This document shows positions 1 through 9,700 of a stretch of 64,000 bases of DNA, piece by piece. Numbering within the stretch: the stretch's first letter is position 1; each line of letters opens with the position of its first letter. The position numbers and the translations under genes are program-made. The stretch is from Candidatus Rariloculaceae bacterium (GTDB lineage Bacteria > Pseudomonadota > Gammaproteobacteria > Steroidobacterales > Rariloculaceae): NCBI GenBank assembly GCA_965262365.1, contig OZ253541.1:1291843-1355842 (forward strand), written 5' to 3'. A model generated the notes under the pieces. That model made no database searches. It saw nothing but the letters and a program-made list of their open reading frames with translations, and was not told the origin of the DNA.

Positions 1-957
1 CTGCGCGCCTTCACGGGTGAACACGTACACCGCACCGGACCCTCTGGAATCATTGTCGTCCGGTCCGTTGACGCCGCTGGAGGAGCCGTCTTCGTCCAGC
101 GCACTGACGGCCAGCGTATTGCCGTCATCGCTGAGCGCAAGGGAGATACCGAACAGGTCGGTCGCCTCGGTATTGGACGCCTTCAGATAGGTCTGCTGAG
201 ACCAGTTTCCGTCTTCCCGGACAAACACGTATACGGCGCCGGCGCCTCGTGCTGAATTGTCGCTGGTGTAGCCGTTGACGCCGACGCTGGAGCTATCTTC
301 GCCCGTCGCACCCACCGCCAGCGTATTGCCATCCGCGCTGAGGCTCAAAACGTAACCGAAATTGTCGCCGTCTTCGGGTTCGCCGGTATTGTAAGCCTTT
401 ACGTAGGCTTCCTGCCGCCAACCCTCGTCGCCGCGGCGAAAAATGTACACCGCGCCCGAATTTTCCATGGAATTGCCATCCTGATCGCCGTTGACGCCGG
501 TAGCCGCGCTGTCCTCCAGGTTGGCCGACACGGCCAGGGTGGCGCCGTCGTCGCTCAGTGCAACCGCGAAGCCGAACTGGTCGCCTGGCCCCGCATTGGA
601 TGCCTTGAGGTAGGCATCCTGCTCCCAGGAGCTGTTTTCCGAGCGCCGAAAAACATAGGCGGCTCCCGCATTGCGCGCCGAATTGTCCTGTTGATCGCCG
701 TCGATGCCTGTTGCGGCGCTGTCTTCCAGCCGCGCGCCCACGGCCAACGTCACACCGTCACCACTGAGCGCCACCGATACACCCAGCAGAACGCCGCTCC
801 CGCCGAACTGGTCATCCACGCCCGGATTGGACGCCTTGATATAGGCCGCGGCCGACTGCGCCGTCACGTCCCCCGCGCATGCGACTGCCATGACCAGGCC
901 CAGCCACGCCAACCGGCTACCGGCTCCGCGGCAATCAGCTCCCCACATAGATTTCAT
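1..957 (-). CDS. FG-GAP-type repeat lipoprotein (N-terminal part; C-terminus runs off the left edge)
   Basis: The minus-strand frame is open from position 1 to the ATG at 957, with a GAAGG RBS upstream. The N-terminus MKSMWGADCRGAGSRLAWLGLVMAVAC looks like a lipoprotein signal. At least four tandem repeats of about 60-70 aa follow, of the form Y(I/L)KASN...FG.S.ALS.DG.TLAVGA..EDS...GVNG...DNS....GAVYVF, which is the FG-GAP / integrin-alpha-like propeller repeat. Confidence 0.75.
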   Translation of the reverse strand, partial: MKSMWGADCRGAGSRLAWLGLVMAVACAGDVTAQSAAAYIKASNPGVDDQFGGSGVLLGVSVALSGDGVTLAVGARLEDSAATGIDGDQQDNSARNAGAAYVFRRSENSSWEQDAYLKASNAGPGDQFGFAVALSDDGATLAVSANLEDSAATGVNGDQDGNSMENSGAVYIFRRGDEGWRQEAYVKAYNTGEPEDGDNFGYVLSLSADGNTLAVGATGEDSSSVGVNGYTSDNSARGAGAVYVFVREDGNWSQQTYLKASNTEATDLFGISLALSDDGNTLAVSALDEDGSSSGVNGPDDNDSRGSGAVYVFTREGAQ

Positions 958-1327
958 TGCCTTCGGCGTCCAGCAGACGGGACTTTTCGGACAGTGTCAT
1001 GTAGGGCCCTCCGTTCCTGAGCGCGCGACCGGTCATGGTGATCACGTCGCCCTCCTGAAAGGTGTTCCTGTCCCAGCCCCACCTGTTCTCGAGGCTGTTC
1101 GGCGGTCCCAATTCTCCGTGCCACTCCACGGTGTCTCCGTTTTCGTCGACCACTGCGATGGACAACAGCGAGTGGGGGTTTATGAATTGAAACTCCACCA
1201 CCGTTCCCGTCACTGTCTTGACGGTCTCTGTGTAGCGGCCCGCGTCGCCGTGGTGTGCCAGGCCGGGCACCAGTATGAGACAAAGACCGGCAAACGCCAT
1301 CGACATGCTTGGCAGTTTTGATTGCAT
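935..1327 (-). CDS. small secreted protein, DUF6152-like
   Basis: 130-aa ORF. A signal peptide ends in AHH, followed by TGTVVEFQFINPHS and a C-terminal GDVITMTGRALRNGGPYM block. This layout matches the DUF6152 family as I recall it. The ORF overlaps the downstream lipoprotein start by 23 nt. Confidence 0.6.
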   Translation of the reverse strand: MQSKLPSMSMAFAGLCLILVPGLAHHGDAGRYTETVKTVTGTVVEFQFINPHSLLSIAVVDENGDTVEWHGELGPPNSLENRWGWDRNTFQEGDVITMTGRALRNGGPYMTLSEKSRLLDAEGNEIYVGS

Positions 1328-1534
1328 TGGCGGACGCTCCCCTTCGATAGTCCAAAACGGTCATTGGGTCCGGAGAATTGCCGAGCCCGCGTCAGGCAGT
1401 TTTGACGATAACATAGCCCGTCCAAACGCGAAATGTTTGCAATGTGACTTCGTGTTAACGTGCAGGTGGTGATTCGGAGCGCCGCTTGGAATAACGTTGG
1501 CAACAACGCAGATCACGGTTTTATGGAGGGATCA

Positions 1535-2485
1535 ATGCGCCGATCGAACATCATTTGGATGGTAAGCGTCTTGATGACGTGTGCGTCGTTTTCTGTTCAC
1601 GCCGATGTGGAGTGGGCATACCAGGTGCTGGAAGAGTCCCTGCTTCCGCAGCGCGATCTGGAGATCGACCTGCAAGCGCCAAGATCGGTGCCGGGCAGTT
1701 CGCTGCAACGAAGCCAGGAACAGATCGACGACCACTGGAACCCGCCTGACTGGTTTCCGGACGACCATTATGCGCCGGTTCCGGAGGTCGTGGCTCGCGG
1801 CGGTGGCGACTTGGTGCGCGCCTGTGCCGCATGCCACGGATACACGGGCGCAGGACATCCCGAGTCCTCCCACCTGGCCGGCCTGACGGCAGCCTACATC
1901 GAAGCGCAGATGGCCGATTTCAAGAGCGGAGCCAGGCAGGAGCGGTACTGGATGAACGGCTTCGACGCCTCCGAGGAACAGACGCGCATTGCCGCGGAGT
2001 GGTTTGCCGGGCTCGAAGTCATCGACTGGATCGACGAGGTGATCGAGGCGGATATCGTGCCGAGAACATACATCGGCGACGGGCGCATGCGCCACTTTCA
2101 TCCCGACGGCGGCACCGAACCCATCGACAACCGCATCATCGAAGTTCCCCAGGACAGGGAGTTGGCCACCGCCCGACACCCCAACTCCGGCTTTACTGTC
2201 TACGCGCCGGAGGGCAGCCTGGCCCGCGGCGAAGAATTGGTGACCACGGGCGCCGGCGGACGGACGATTCAATGCTTCATCTGTCACGGACCGGATTTGA
2301 ATGGACTCGGCGACATACCCCGGCTCGCGGGAGTCTCGCCCCTGTACACGGTCCGTCAGCTAAACGACTTCAAGACCGGTGACAGAGCCGGCAGCCTGGC
2401 GCCGCTGATGACGGCTACGGTCATGAACCTGACCGACGAGGATATGGTGGCGATCGCCGCTTACCTGGCTTCGCTGGCTCCATAG
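1535..2485 (+). CDS. dihaem c-type cytochrome
   Basis: Two CxxCH motifs (CAACH, CFICH). Start placed at ATG 1535, after a GGAGGG RBS, which gives the signal peptide MRRSNIIWMVSVLMTCASFSVHA. The tracked ORF begins earlier, at 1460. Confidence 0.85.
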   Translation: MRRSNIIWMVSVLMTCASFSVHADVEWAYQVLEESLLPQRDLEIDLQAPRSVPGSSLQRSQEQIDDHWNPPDWFPDDHYAPVPEVVARGGGDLVRACAACHGYTGAGHPESSHLAGLTAAYIEAQMADFKSGARQERYWMNGFDASEEQTRIAAEWFAGLEVIDWIDEVIEADIVPRTYIGDGRMRHFHPDGGTEPIDNRIIEVPQDRELATARHPNSGFTVYAPEGSLARGEELVTTGAGGRTIQCFICHGPDLNGLGDIPRLAGVSPLYTVRQLNDFKTGDRAGSLAPLMTATVMNLTDEDMVAIAAYLASLAP

Positions 2486-2569
2486 TCGTCCGTCGCCGGC
2501 CTCAGTAGCCCAGTAATTGTCCGATGAACCGGCCGGGCAGGAGCGCGAATGCGCCTGCGACCAGCAGAC

Positions 2570-2593
2570 CCGACATGGTTCCGATCATGTCGG
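2570..2593. terminator. possible hairpin between convergent genes
   Basis: Perfect 8-bp inverted repeat ccgacatg / catgtcgg with an 8-nt loop, lying between the cytochrome c stop and the xdhC-like stop. There is no clear U-tract. Confidence 0.25.
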
Positions 2594-2648
2594 TTCCAAT
2601 GTCCGGTGGTCGACCCCTGTGTCCAGGGGATACGGATTGTAGCCAATC

Positions 2649-3365
2649 CTATCGGGAGTAGCGGGACTGGGTCATCTGCGCGAGGATCGCCACTGCGATC
2701 TCCGCCGGGGACCGACCGCCCAGGGGCAAACCTATGGGCCCGCAAATCCGCGACAGCGTCTCTTCGTCAAAGCCCAGCTTCGCAAGGCGCTGCAATCGCC
2801 TGGCGTGGTTTTTCCGGCTGCCCAGAGCGCCGATGTAGAAGGCATCGGACTCAAGCGCACACTTCAAGGCCGGTTCGTCGATCTTGGCGTCGTGACTCAG
2901 GGTGACCACGGCCGTACGCGCATCCACAACCAGCGACGGCATTGCCTCCTGCGGCCAGTCGTGGTTGGTTTCCACGTCCGGGAACCGCTGTTGCGATGCG
3001 AATGCCTCCCTGGGATCCAACAGCAACACGCGATACCCGGCCAGTCGGGCCATTGGAATCAGTTTCTGCGCAATGTGCACGGCACCGACGACGATCAAAC
3101 GTGGCGGAGGGGCGATGGTTTGTATCAGATAGCGGCCCTGCTCCACCTCGACCGCGCGCGCATCGTCTCTGGAGAGGGCGTCGCGGCAGTACTGCAGCAA
3201 TTCATTCGGCAAGGCTGGCTCCGACCGGTCTTCGGCGGTCCCAAAGGTCCTTACACGGGAGTGGTCGACCAGAAACTGATGACCCTCTCCGAGCGGACGC
3301 ACAAGCACCGCCGCGCGCGCCTGGGAAAGGGATTCGCTCAAGGCCCGAAGCAGCGGGCCGTTCAC
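2649..3365 (-). CDS. XdhC/CoxI family accessory protein, C-terminal (Rossmann-like) half
   Basis: Contains RLIVVGAVHIAQKLIPMARLAGYRVLLLDPRE and VVTLSHDAKIDEPAL...YIGALGSRKNH, both typical of XdhC. Start placed at GTG 3365, which forms a GTGA overlap with the upstream stop. The tracked ORF extends to 3422. Confidence 0.8.
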   Translation of the reverse strand: MNGPLLRALSESLSQARAAVLVRPLGEGHQFLVDHSRVRTFGTAEDRSEPALPNELLQYCRDALSRDDARAVEVEQGRYLIQTIAPPPRLIVVGAVHIAQKLIPMARLAGYRVLLLDPREAFASQQRFPDVETNHDWPQEAMPSLVVDARTAVVTLSHDAKIDEPALKCALESDAFYIGALGSRKNHARRLQRLAKLGFDEETLSRICGPIGLPLGGRSPAEIAVAILAQMTQSRYSR

Positions 3366-3712
3366 TCGACGCGCACCACCAGGACGTCGATCCGGCCGCC
3401 GCAGGCCAAACCGACTTCCCATGCCTCGTCGTCGGTCACACCGAAACTCAACAACTGCCGGGCGCCGGTTTCAATGACCTGTTTTGCGGCACGGATCACC
3501 GCACCTTCCACGCATCCGCCGGATACGGAGCCCTCGAAGGCCCCATCGGCATCGATGACCAGATGGCTGCCAACCGGGCGCGGCGAGGATCCCCACGTAC
3601 TGACCACAGTGGCCAGCGCCACGTCCCTGCCCTCCTCCAGCCACTTGAGCGCGGTTCTCAGGATGTCCTCGGGGCGGGCAAACAATTCCCCTGTTTCGGC
3701 GACCGCCACCAT
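3362..3712 (-). CDS. XdhC family protein, N-terminal domain only
   Basis: 116 aa. ALATVVSTWGSSPRPVGSHLVIDADGAFEGSVSGGCVEGAV is the XdhC_CoxI N-terminal domain signature. Confidence 0.8.
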   Translation of the reverse strand: MVAVAETGELFARPEDILRTALKWLEEGRDVALATVVSTWGSSPRPVGSHLVIDADGAFEGSVSGGCVEGAVIRAAKQVIETGARQLLSFGVTDDEAWEVGLACGGRIDVLVVRVE

Positions 3713-3994
3713 CTACTTCCTCCGCGCACCGCGACGACCGTTTCCGCGGGAACTCTCCAGCGCCTCGCGCGCAACGGACTTCGACCAGCGCACGAAATGC
3801 CAAAGCTGGTCGATCAGCCTTGGCGAATTTGCCTGCTCGAAACTCCGGTCCCGAATCAGCTCCAGGGCTTTACGGCACCTCAGCAGTTCGCCTTCCAGCC
3901 GCGTGACTTCCCCTTCCAGGTCCCGTGAGGAATCGTCGCCGCCTTCAGCAGCCGTCACATCGGTTCGCGGCGCCGACACCAGGTCGTCATTCAT
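3713..3994 (-). CDS. hypothetical small coiled-coil protein
   Basis: 93-aa ORF whose stop directly abuts the xdhC-N start at 3712. It has an acidic N-terminus, a heptad-like LEGEVTRLEGELLRCRKALELI stretch and a basic tail. I recognise no family. Confidence 0.4.
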   Translation of the reverse strand: MNDDLVSAPRTDVTAAEGGDDSSRDLEGEVTRLEGELLRCRKALELIRDRSFEQANSPRLIDQLWHFVRWSKSVAREALESSRGNGRRGARRK

Positions 3995-4206
3995 GCTCTG
4001 ATCCAGATGCCCGTGAGGGCGATATACCTGGCCATTCTATTACAAGGTTCCGATGCTTTGGACAGCACTCGTCGCTTACGAATCCGTTCGGTAGCGTTGC
4101 CCGCAGTGATTGCGCTGCCGGTAGGCACTTACGGCTGCACGCCCGGAGTCGGGCACGGCGAGCAGATGGACGGCCGCTGAGGGAAATCAGTCCGTCAATC
4201 AGTCCG

Positions 4207-4407
4207 TCAGCGGCGAAACAGCCACAGGAGCAACGACAGCAGCGCGCTCAACAGGATCATCGTGGTAATCGGCACGTAGAGCTTGAACGTGGGCCGGTCG
4301 ATAATGATATCCCCCGGCAGCCTGCCCAGGGGGAGCTTGCCGAGCCAGGGCCACGCCAGGCCGATGACGAGCAAGGCAAGTCCGACAAGGATCAGGGTTC
4401 GCTGCAT
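4207..4407 (-). CDS. DUF2905 family small membrane protein
   Basis: 66 aa with two hydrophobic helices flanking LPGDIIIDRPTFKLYVPI, the DUF2905 pattern. Confidence 0.8.
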   Translation of the reverse strand: MQRTLILVGLALLVIGLAWPWLGKLPLGRLPGDIIIDRPTFKLYVPITTMILLSALLSLLLWLFRR

Positions 4408-4482
4408 GCCTTAACGGCGTTCCAATCGGAACTCCATAGCCTCCATTTGGAATCCACTGTCCCGCCTAAATGCTCGAAAGCA

Positions 4483-4510
4483 CCGGCGCCCAGGATCGAT
4501 TCGGCGCCGG
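4483..4510 (-). terminator. possible terminator hairpin downstream of yceI-like gene
   Basis: ccggcgcc / ggcgccgg 8-bp stem with a 12-nt loop, 23 nt beyond the stop at 4533. A moderately T-rich stretch follows on the minus strand. Confidence 0.3.
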
Positions 4511-4532
4511 CAGCGAGCCAGCCGGTGTACGC

Positions 4533-5126
4533 CTATTCCTCCGGAGGGATCTGCGCTTCCACGGTGATCAATAGCTTGACCTCCGGGAAAAACCCGTTCT
4601 CCAAATCGTAGTCCACGCCAAAGTCTGCACGATTGATGGTCGTTGACGCATCGGCACCGCAAACTTCTCGCTGATGCCTGAAGTGGGGCTGGCACCGGAA
4701 GCGATTGACTTCAAGATTGACCGGCTGGCTGACGCCGTGCATCGTCAACGTGCCTTCAACGCCGGTCGGTGCGTCATCCTCGAAATTCACGAGGGTGCCC
4801 GTATACGTTGCCGTGGGAAACTGCTCCACGTGCAAGATGTCCACGAGCGTTCTTTCGTTCATTCCATCGTGGCCGAAGTCGATAGACGCCATATCCATGA
4901 CGGCCTCGATCGAACCGGTCCCGGCTTCACGGTCAAGTACCACGGTGCCCGAAGTCTGATTGATCTTGCCCCTCCAGATGGAGAGACCGCCCCAGTGATC
5001 CGCCTCGAACGCCGGGAAGGTGTGACTGGGATCGATATTGTAGGTGACAGGCTCGGCCATGACGGTGCCGCCAACGGTGGTCCCAACAAGACTCAAAAAC
5101 ACGATGAATGGATGTCTGATGGTCAT
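4533..5126 (-). CDS. YceI family periplasmic protein
   Basis: YNIDPSHTFPAFEADHWGGLSIWRGKI...GTLTMHGVSQPV...RADFGV is the YceI-like lipid/polyisoprenoid-binding fold. Start placed at ATG 5126, giving the signal peptide MTIRHPFIVFLSLVGTTVGGTVMA. Confidence 0.85.
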   Translation of the reverse strand: MTIRHPFIVFLSLVGTTVGGTVMAEPVTYNIDPSHTFPAFEADHWGGLSIWRGKINQTSGTVVLDREAGTGSIEAVMDMASIDFGHDGMNERTLVDILHVEQFPTATYTGTLVNFEDDAPTGVEGTLTMHGVSQPVNLEVNRFRCQPHFRHQREVCGADASTTINRADFGVDYDLENGFFPEVKLLITVEAQIPPEE

Positions 5127-5273
5127 AAACCTGGTACTCCCTGCTTGCATTCCGAACGATCGATCCCCGGAGCGATAGTTCACGGGCCGCGCCCGCGACA
5201 AGGCAAGAGTTTAACCGCTTGCCCGCCCATGTCTCCAGTGGGCTTACCCGGCAGCCCATATGAAAGCCCCGCG

Positions 5274-7367
5274 CTAGTGCGGCAGGACGTCCACGACGTA
5301 GGCGCTCACATCGTGTATTTCTTCAGCGGTGAACGCGGCGCCGAACGGGGGCATGATATCCAGGCCTCCGCTTACCTGCTGAATCACGGCCGCCAGGTCG
5401 GTGGACGCTGCCAGCGGTAAACCCCCACCGTGCCCGCCTTCTCCCTGTGCGCCGTGGCAGAACGCGCACGCGCCGTCGTACAGCAGCCGTCCATTATCCA
5501 GGTCGGCCACCCGGTTGACGGTCGCCACTGCCTGCACCGGAGCCGTTTCCAAGGACGCTTCATCGAGTGTCCCGTCGAGGGAAAACAGCCACACGCTGTC
5601 ACCTCTCGGCGACCCCGCGAACAGGTTCCCTGCTGAATAGGCCACGATGTGCTGGCGGCCGTTGTATTCGAAGGCGCTGACCGGCGAGTTCATCCCGGCA
5701 CCGGTCTGGAACTCCCAGAGCAAGTTGCCGTTGCTCGAATCCAGCGCTGTCAACCGGCCGTCGTTGCGTCCCACGAAGATCAGCCCGCCCGCTGTCGACA
5801 GCATGCCGCTATAGCACCGGTCGATGAGCCGCTGCTGCCAGACGATCCTGTTGGTGCGCATGTCCATGGCCGCGAGAATTCCCGAGACGTATCCCGGGAT
5901 GGCGTGAAAGACGCCGCCAAGGAAGCGCTCACCCTGAACAGGCGGCAGTTCCTCGTCCATCTCGCCGCCCCTGAAGAACGACATCCGGTCGGTGGCACAA
6001 ACGTAGAGATGGCCCGTCTGCGGGTCGTAGGCGCTGCCCGGCCAGTTGGCGCCGCCGTTATGACTGGGCTTGATCACCGCACCATCGGTCCAGAACGGGG
6101 TGAAGATTCGCCCCTGGTTGATCAGCGGCGGATACCCCTCCGGAACGATGTCCACGTGTTGCGGTACGAAGGCATCGCCGATGGGATAGGGCTGGGTGGC
6201 CGCCGTTGCCTGGCGCGGTTCCTGGGGTACGGGCCGGTCTTCAATGCCGATCAGGGGTTCGCCCGTGACGCGGTCCAGAATATAAACCCAGCCGGTCTTG
6301 CTCGGTTCCGCCAGGGCGCGTCTTATTTCACCGTCGAGTTCGATATCGAAGAGCACTACGGGGCTGGGTGCATCGTAGTCCCAGATATCGTGGCGAACCT
6401 GCTGAAAGTGCCACCGGTACTCACCGGTCTGCACGTCCACTGCAACGATCGAAGTGGAAAACAGGTTGTCGCCGGGGCGGATGCTGCCGTTGAAGTCGGG
6501 TCCGGGATTGCCGGTGGAAAAGTAGAGCAGCCCCAACGTGGGATCGAGCGCGGGCGTCTGCCATACGGTCGCGCCGCCGTAGAGATAGACGTCATTGTCC
6601 TGGGGCCAGGTGTCGTGGCCGAATTCGCCCGGACCCGGCACGGTATGGAAGGTCCACGCCGGCGTCCCGTCCTCGGCATGATAAGCCTTCACCCGACCGC
6701 GCACGCCGTATTCGGCGCCGGCGAACCCGGTGATCACCAGCCCGTCGTGATACAGGGGCGCGCTGGTAATGCTGAAGCCCTCCTCCCAACGCTCGGCCTG
6801 GGTCGACCAGATCACGTCTCCGGTCTGCTGGTCGATGGCAACGAGTTTGCCGTCGAGCTGACCGACAAAAACCATGCCTTCGCCCAGCCCAACGCCCCGG
6901 CTGGTCCAGCCACAGCAGATGATGTCGATGGCCGGATCGAGGTTGGCCTCGTAGGACCACAGGAGTTCGCCGCTCTCCACGCTGACGGCGAAGACATCAT
7001 CGGCGCCGGTGACGATGTACACCACGCCATCGTAAACGAGGGGTTGTGCTTCGCCCGAGTACTTGTTGTCGAGTCCCGAGCCGTTCAGGTGCGTCCGCCA
7101 GACCCCCCGAAGTTGCGAGACGTTGCTTCGCTCTACCTCATTCAGGGGCGAGTAGCGCTGGTTGTAGACGTTGCCGCCGTTGGTGATCCAGTCCTCCCTG
7201 GGCAGGGAGGCCAGCCGTTCGCCGGAAAAGGCCGGCGCCGGTTGGATGCGAGGTACACCGGTGGACTGCTGTGCAGCGGCCGTCCCGCTCAGCAGCAGCG
7301 CAAGGGTAAACGCCAGCCTGTTGAAATTTCTGTGTTGCCGCAATTCCAGGTTACGTCTTGTTGGCAC
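5274..7367 (-). CDS. PQQ-dependent quinohaemoprotein (alcohol-type) dehydrogenase
   Basis: 697 aa. Signal peptide, then an eight-bladed PQQ propeller with a vicinal CC (IICCGW) and repeated W-containing blades, then a C-terminal cytochrome c domain (CAFCHG). GTG start preceded by a GGAGGAA RBS. Confidence 0.9.
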   Translation of the reverse strand: MPTRRNLELRQHRNFNRLAFTLALLLSGTAAAQQSTGVPRIQPAPAFSGERLASLPREDWITNGGNVYNQRYSPLNEVERSNVSQLRGVWRTHLNGSGLDNKYSGEAQPLVYDGVVYIVTGADDVFAVSVESGELLWSYEANLDPAIDIICCGWTSRGVGLGEGMVFVGQLDGKLVAIDQQTGDVIWSTQAERWEEGFSITSAPLYHDGLVITGFAGAEYGVRGRVKAYHAEDGTPAWTFHTVPGPGEFGHDTWPQDNDVYLYGGATVWQTPALDPTLGLLYFSTGNPGPDFNGSIRPGDNLFSTSIVAVDVQTGEYRWHFQQVRHDIWDYDAPSPVVLFDIELDGEIRRALAEPSKTGWVYILDRVTGEPLIGIEDRPVPQEPRQATAATQPYPIGDAFVPQHVDIVPEGYPPLINQGRIFTPFWTDGAVIKPSHNGGANWPGSAYDPQTGHLYVCATDRMSFFRGGEMDEELPPVQGERFLGGVFHAIPGYVSGILAAMDMRTNRIVWQQRLIDRCYSGMLSTAGGLIFVGRNDGRLTALDSSNGNLLWEFQTGAGMNSPVSAFEYNGRQHIVAYSAGNLFAGSPRGDSVWLFSLDGTLDEASLETAPVQAVATVNRVADLDNGRLLYDGACAFCHGAQGEGGHGGGLPLAASTDLAAVIQQVSGGLDIMPPFGAAFTAEEIHDVSAYVVDVLPH

Positions 7368-7511
7368 GAATGGTTCCTCCGCAATGCTGCGCTTGCCGCA
7401 GCGGGCGTATCATAGTCGTTTTCGCTGGCGCACTCAGGCAGCGCCGACTTGAGTAGCCCGAATGTTGCGCGAATAATGGTGCACAACGAGCAACAATCCC
7501 CTTAGGAGAAG

Positions 7512-8060
7512 ATGATGCGCAAGCGACTTGTCGGGGCGATCGTGTCGTCCACGGTAGTTGCCGCCGCCGGCTTCAATGCCGCGAGCGTGGCCCAGGAGGA
7601 GGATCACCTTCTCAACTACGTTGTCGCCAGCGACCGTCTGCACACGTCCGGGCAGCCCGACAGCGAGCAACTTGCTGCCCTGCCGGATCAGGGGTTCGAT
7701 CTGGTGATCAATCTCGCGCCTCCCACAAGCCCGAACTCGATCTTGGACGAAGGAGGGCTCGTCACACAGGGCGGAGCGTCCTATGTGAATATTCCGGTGG
7801 ACTGGCGCGCACCCACCTACGAAGACTTCGCGTTCTTCAGCGGCATTCTGAACCAGTCAGCGCACGAACAGATTCTGGTCCATTGCATGCTGAACTACCG
7901 GGCGTCCATGTTTACGTTCCTGTACCGCACCGTTCATCAGGGCGTTGCGCCGGAAGATGCCTACGATGCCGTGGCCGCCGTATGGGAGCCGGGGGATCAG
8001 TGGGTCGAGTTCGGGCAGATGGTTCTGAGCCGCCACGACATCGACTATCAGCTTCCGTAA
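7512..8060 (+). CDS. secreted protein-tyrosine/dual-specificity phosphatase-like protein (DUF442-type)
   Basis: Signal peptide; LHTSGQP...GFDLVINL; and a HC(X5)R-type loop VHCMLNYRAS. Confidence 0.7.
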   Translation: MMRKRLVGAIVSSTVVAAAGFNAASVAQEEDHLLNYVVASDRLHTSGQPDSEQLAALPDQGFDLVINLAPPTSPNSILDEGGLVTQGGASYVNIPVDWRAPTYEDFAFFSGILNQSAHEQILVHCMLNYRASMFTFLYRTVHQGVAPEDAYDAVAAVWEPGDQWVEFGQMVLSRHDIDYQLP

Positions 8061-8133
8061 CCGCTGGGCACGATTGAAGCAGACCGGAATCACCCGACGA
8101 AGACGTTAACGAGCCGCCTCTTCGGCTGGTCGT

Positions 8134-8209
8134 TGGTGGGGGCACTAGGACTCGAACCTAGGACCAGCGGCTTAAAAGGCCGATGCTCTACCACCTGAGC
8201 TATACCCCC
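8134..8209 (-). tRNA. tRNA-Lys (anticodon UUU)
   Basis: The minus strand reads GGGGGTA TA GCTC AGGTGGTA GAGC A TCGGC CTTTTAA GCCGC TGGTC CTAGG TTCGAGT CCTAG TGCCCCC A CCA. This folds by hand into a cloverleaf with an encoded CCA. Confidence 0.9.
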
Positions 8210-8309
8210 GGACACACGATTGGGACTGCGGCGCCCCACCCACTGCCGTGGCGAACGGATGATACCGAAAGGCAGCGCGAGCACAACCCGAAATTGGCTA
8301 CACACGTAG

Positions 8310-9023
8310 TCATGCCTGGTAGCAGGTCGGATCCGCGATGCCCGTCTGGCTGAATCCTTGCGCCCGAAACCGGCAGGCATCGCAACGCCCGCAGGCCCGC
8401 CCCTCCGAATCAGCCCGATAACAGGATACCGTTTGAGAGTAATCGACACCGAGTTCGGTTCCGCGGATGATGATCTCGGCCTTTGTCATGTTCACCAGCG
8501 GCGCGCGAATCTCGACCGGCGCACCTTCCACGGCCTGCCTGGTGGCCAGGTTGGCCATTTCCTGAAACGCTGCCACAAATTCTGGTCGACAGTCCGGATA
8601 GCCGGAGTAATCCAGAGCGTTGACGCCGATGAAGATGGCGCGCGCATCCAGCACCTCCGCCCACGCCAGCGCCAGCGCCAGAAAGACCGTGTTGCGGGCC
8701 GGCACGTAGGTGACCGGGATGCCCTCCCCGCCTTGATCCGGTACCGGAATGGAAGGATCCGTCAAGGCTGAGCCTCCCAGGCTGCCAATGGGGATTGTCA
8801 GGATTCTGTGTTGTACGTCGAAACAAGCGGCCACGCGCCGCGCAGCGGCAAGCTCGGCGCCGTGTGTCTGGCCGTAGTCGAAGCTCAGCGCATGGCAATG
8901 GAAACCTTGCTGCCGGGCAATGGCGAGCAGCGTCGCGGAGTCCAACCCTCCTGAAAGCAATACCACGGCCGGCGTGCCCACCGCCGCTGCCTCAGGCCCA
9001 GACGAGTCGTCAGAACGCACCAT
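8310..9023 (-). CDS. queC: 7-cyano-7-deazaguanine synthase
   Basis: [16 protein letters not shown]-loop motif and a C-terminal Cys cluster ([17 protein letters not shown]). Confidence 0.9.
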   Translation of the reverse strand: MVRSDDSSGPEAAAVGTPAVVLLSGGLDSATLLAIARQQGFHCHALSFDYGQTHGAELAAARRVAACFDVQHRILTIPIGSLGGSALTDPSIPVPDQGGEGIPVTYVPARNTVFLALALAWAEVLDARAIFIGVNALDYSGYPDCRPEFVAAFQEMANLATRQAVEGAPVEIRAPLVNMTKAEIIIRGTELGVDYSQTVSCYRADSEGRACGRCDACRFRAQGFSQTGIADPTCYQA

Positions 9024-9026
9024 GAC

Positions 9027-9698
9027 TTAGCGGCCGGGTACATCGCCCCACAGGACTTTGTGGAGCTGAACCTGCATTCGCACCGGTAACCGGTCCGCCA
9101 GAATCCAATTCGCCAATTCGCCCGGCGAGAGATCGTCATGACTGGGCGACAAAAAGACCTGGCAATCAACCTTGATCCGCTCTTCCAGGGCGCGCCTGGC
9201 CCAGTCGTAGTCCGTGCGGTCGCAAATCACGAGCTTTACCGAATCCTTCGTATCCAGGAGCGCCAGATCTTGCCAGCGGTTGCGTTGGACCTCTCCGGAG
9301 CCCGGCGTCTTGATGTCAACGACGCGGTGTACCCTCGAGTCGACCGTGCTGATATCCATCGCGCCGCTGGTCTCCAGGGCGACCTGGTAGCCCTGGTCGC
9401 AGAGCCGGGTCAGAAGGTCAAGGCAGCGGCGCTGGGCCAGGGGCTCGCCGCCCGTGACGCATACGTAGCGCGTGGAATAGCTTGCAACCTCGGCAACGAT
9501 AGCGTCGATGCTGCGCCATTCGCCGCCCGTAAAGGCGTACGCTGTATCGCAATAATTGCACCGCAACGGACACCCGGTCAGGCGTACGAATACGGTCGGC
9601 CAGCCGCTGAACTGGGCTTCCCCCTGAATCGAGAAAAAGATTTCGGTAAGGCGAAGCCGCTCTTCAGCCCGTGTCAGGCCGTTGGACTCCGCGTCCAC
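9027..9698 (-). CDS. queE: 7-carboxy-7-deazaguanine synthase (radical SAM)
   Basis: EIFFSIQGEAQFSGWPTVFVRLTGCPLRCNYCDT. Start placed at GTG 9698, immediately after the cpoB stop. The tracked ORF extends to 9812 and overlaps cpoB. Confidence 0.85.
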   Translation of the reverse strand: MDAESNGLTRAEERLRLTEIFFSIQGEAQFSGWPTVFVRLTGCPLRCNYCDTAYAFTGGEWRSIDAIVAEVASYSTRYVCVTGGEPLAQRRCLDLLTRLCDQGYQVALETSGAMDISTVDSRVHRVVDIKTPGSGEVQRNRWQDLALLDTKDSVKLVICDRTDYDWARRALEERIKVDCQVFLSPSHDDLSPGELANWILADRLPVRMQVQLHKVLWGDVPGR

Positions 9699-9700
9699 AT

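Noticed and set aside
5649-7415. 588-aa plus-strand ORF covering almost the whole PQQ dehydrogenase gene
   Set aside because: It is antisense to a gene with unmistakable PQQ-propeller and haem motifs. Its translation is Arg/Ala/Gly/Pro-rich low-information sequence typical of shadow ORFs in GC-rich DNA.
8210-8309. Possible preQ1 riboswitch or other element near queC/queE
   Set aside because: This spacer is downstream of queC, between its stop codon and tRNA-Lys, so it is not a leader for the queuosine genes. queE and queC also follow cpoB with essentially no leader sequence, and no preQ1-type hairpin or A-rich tail was seen.
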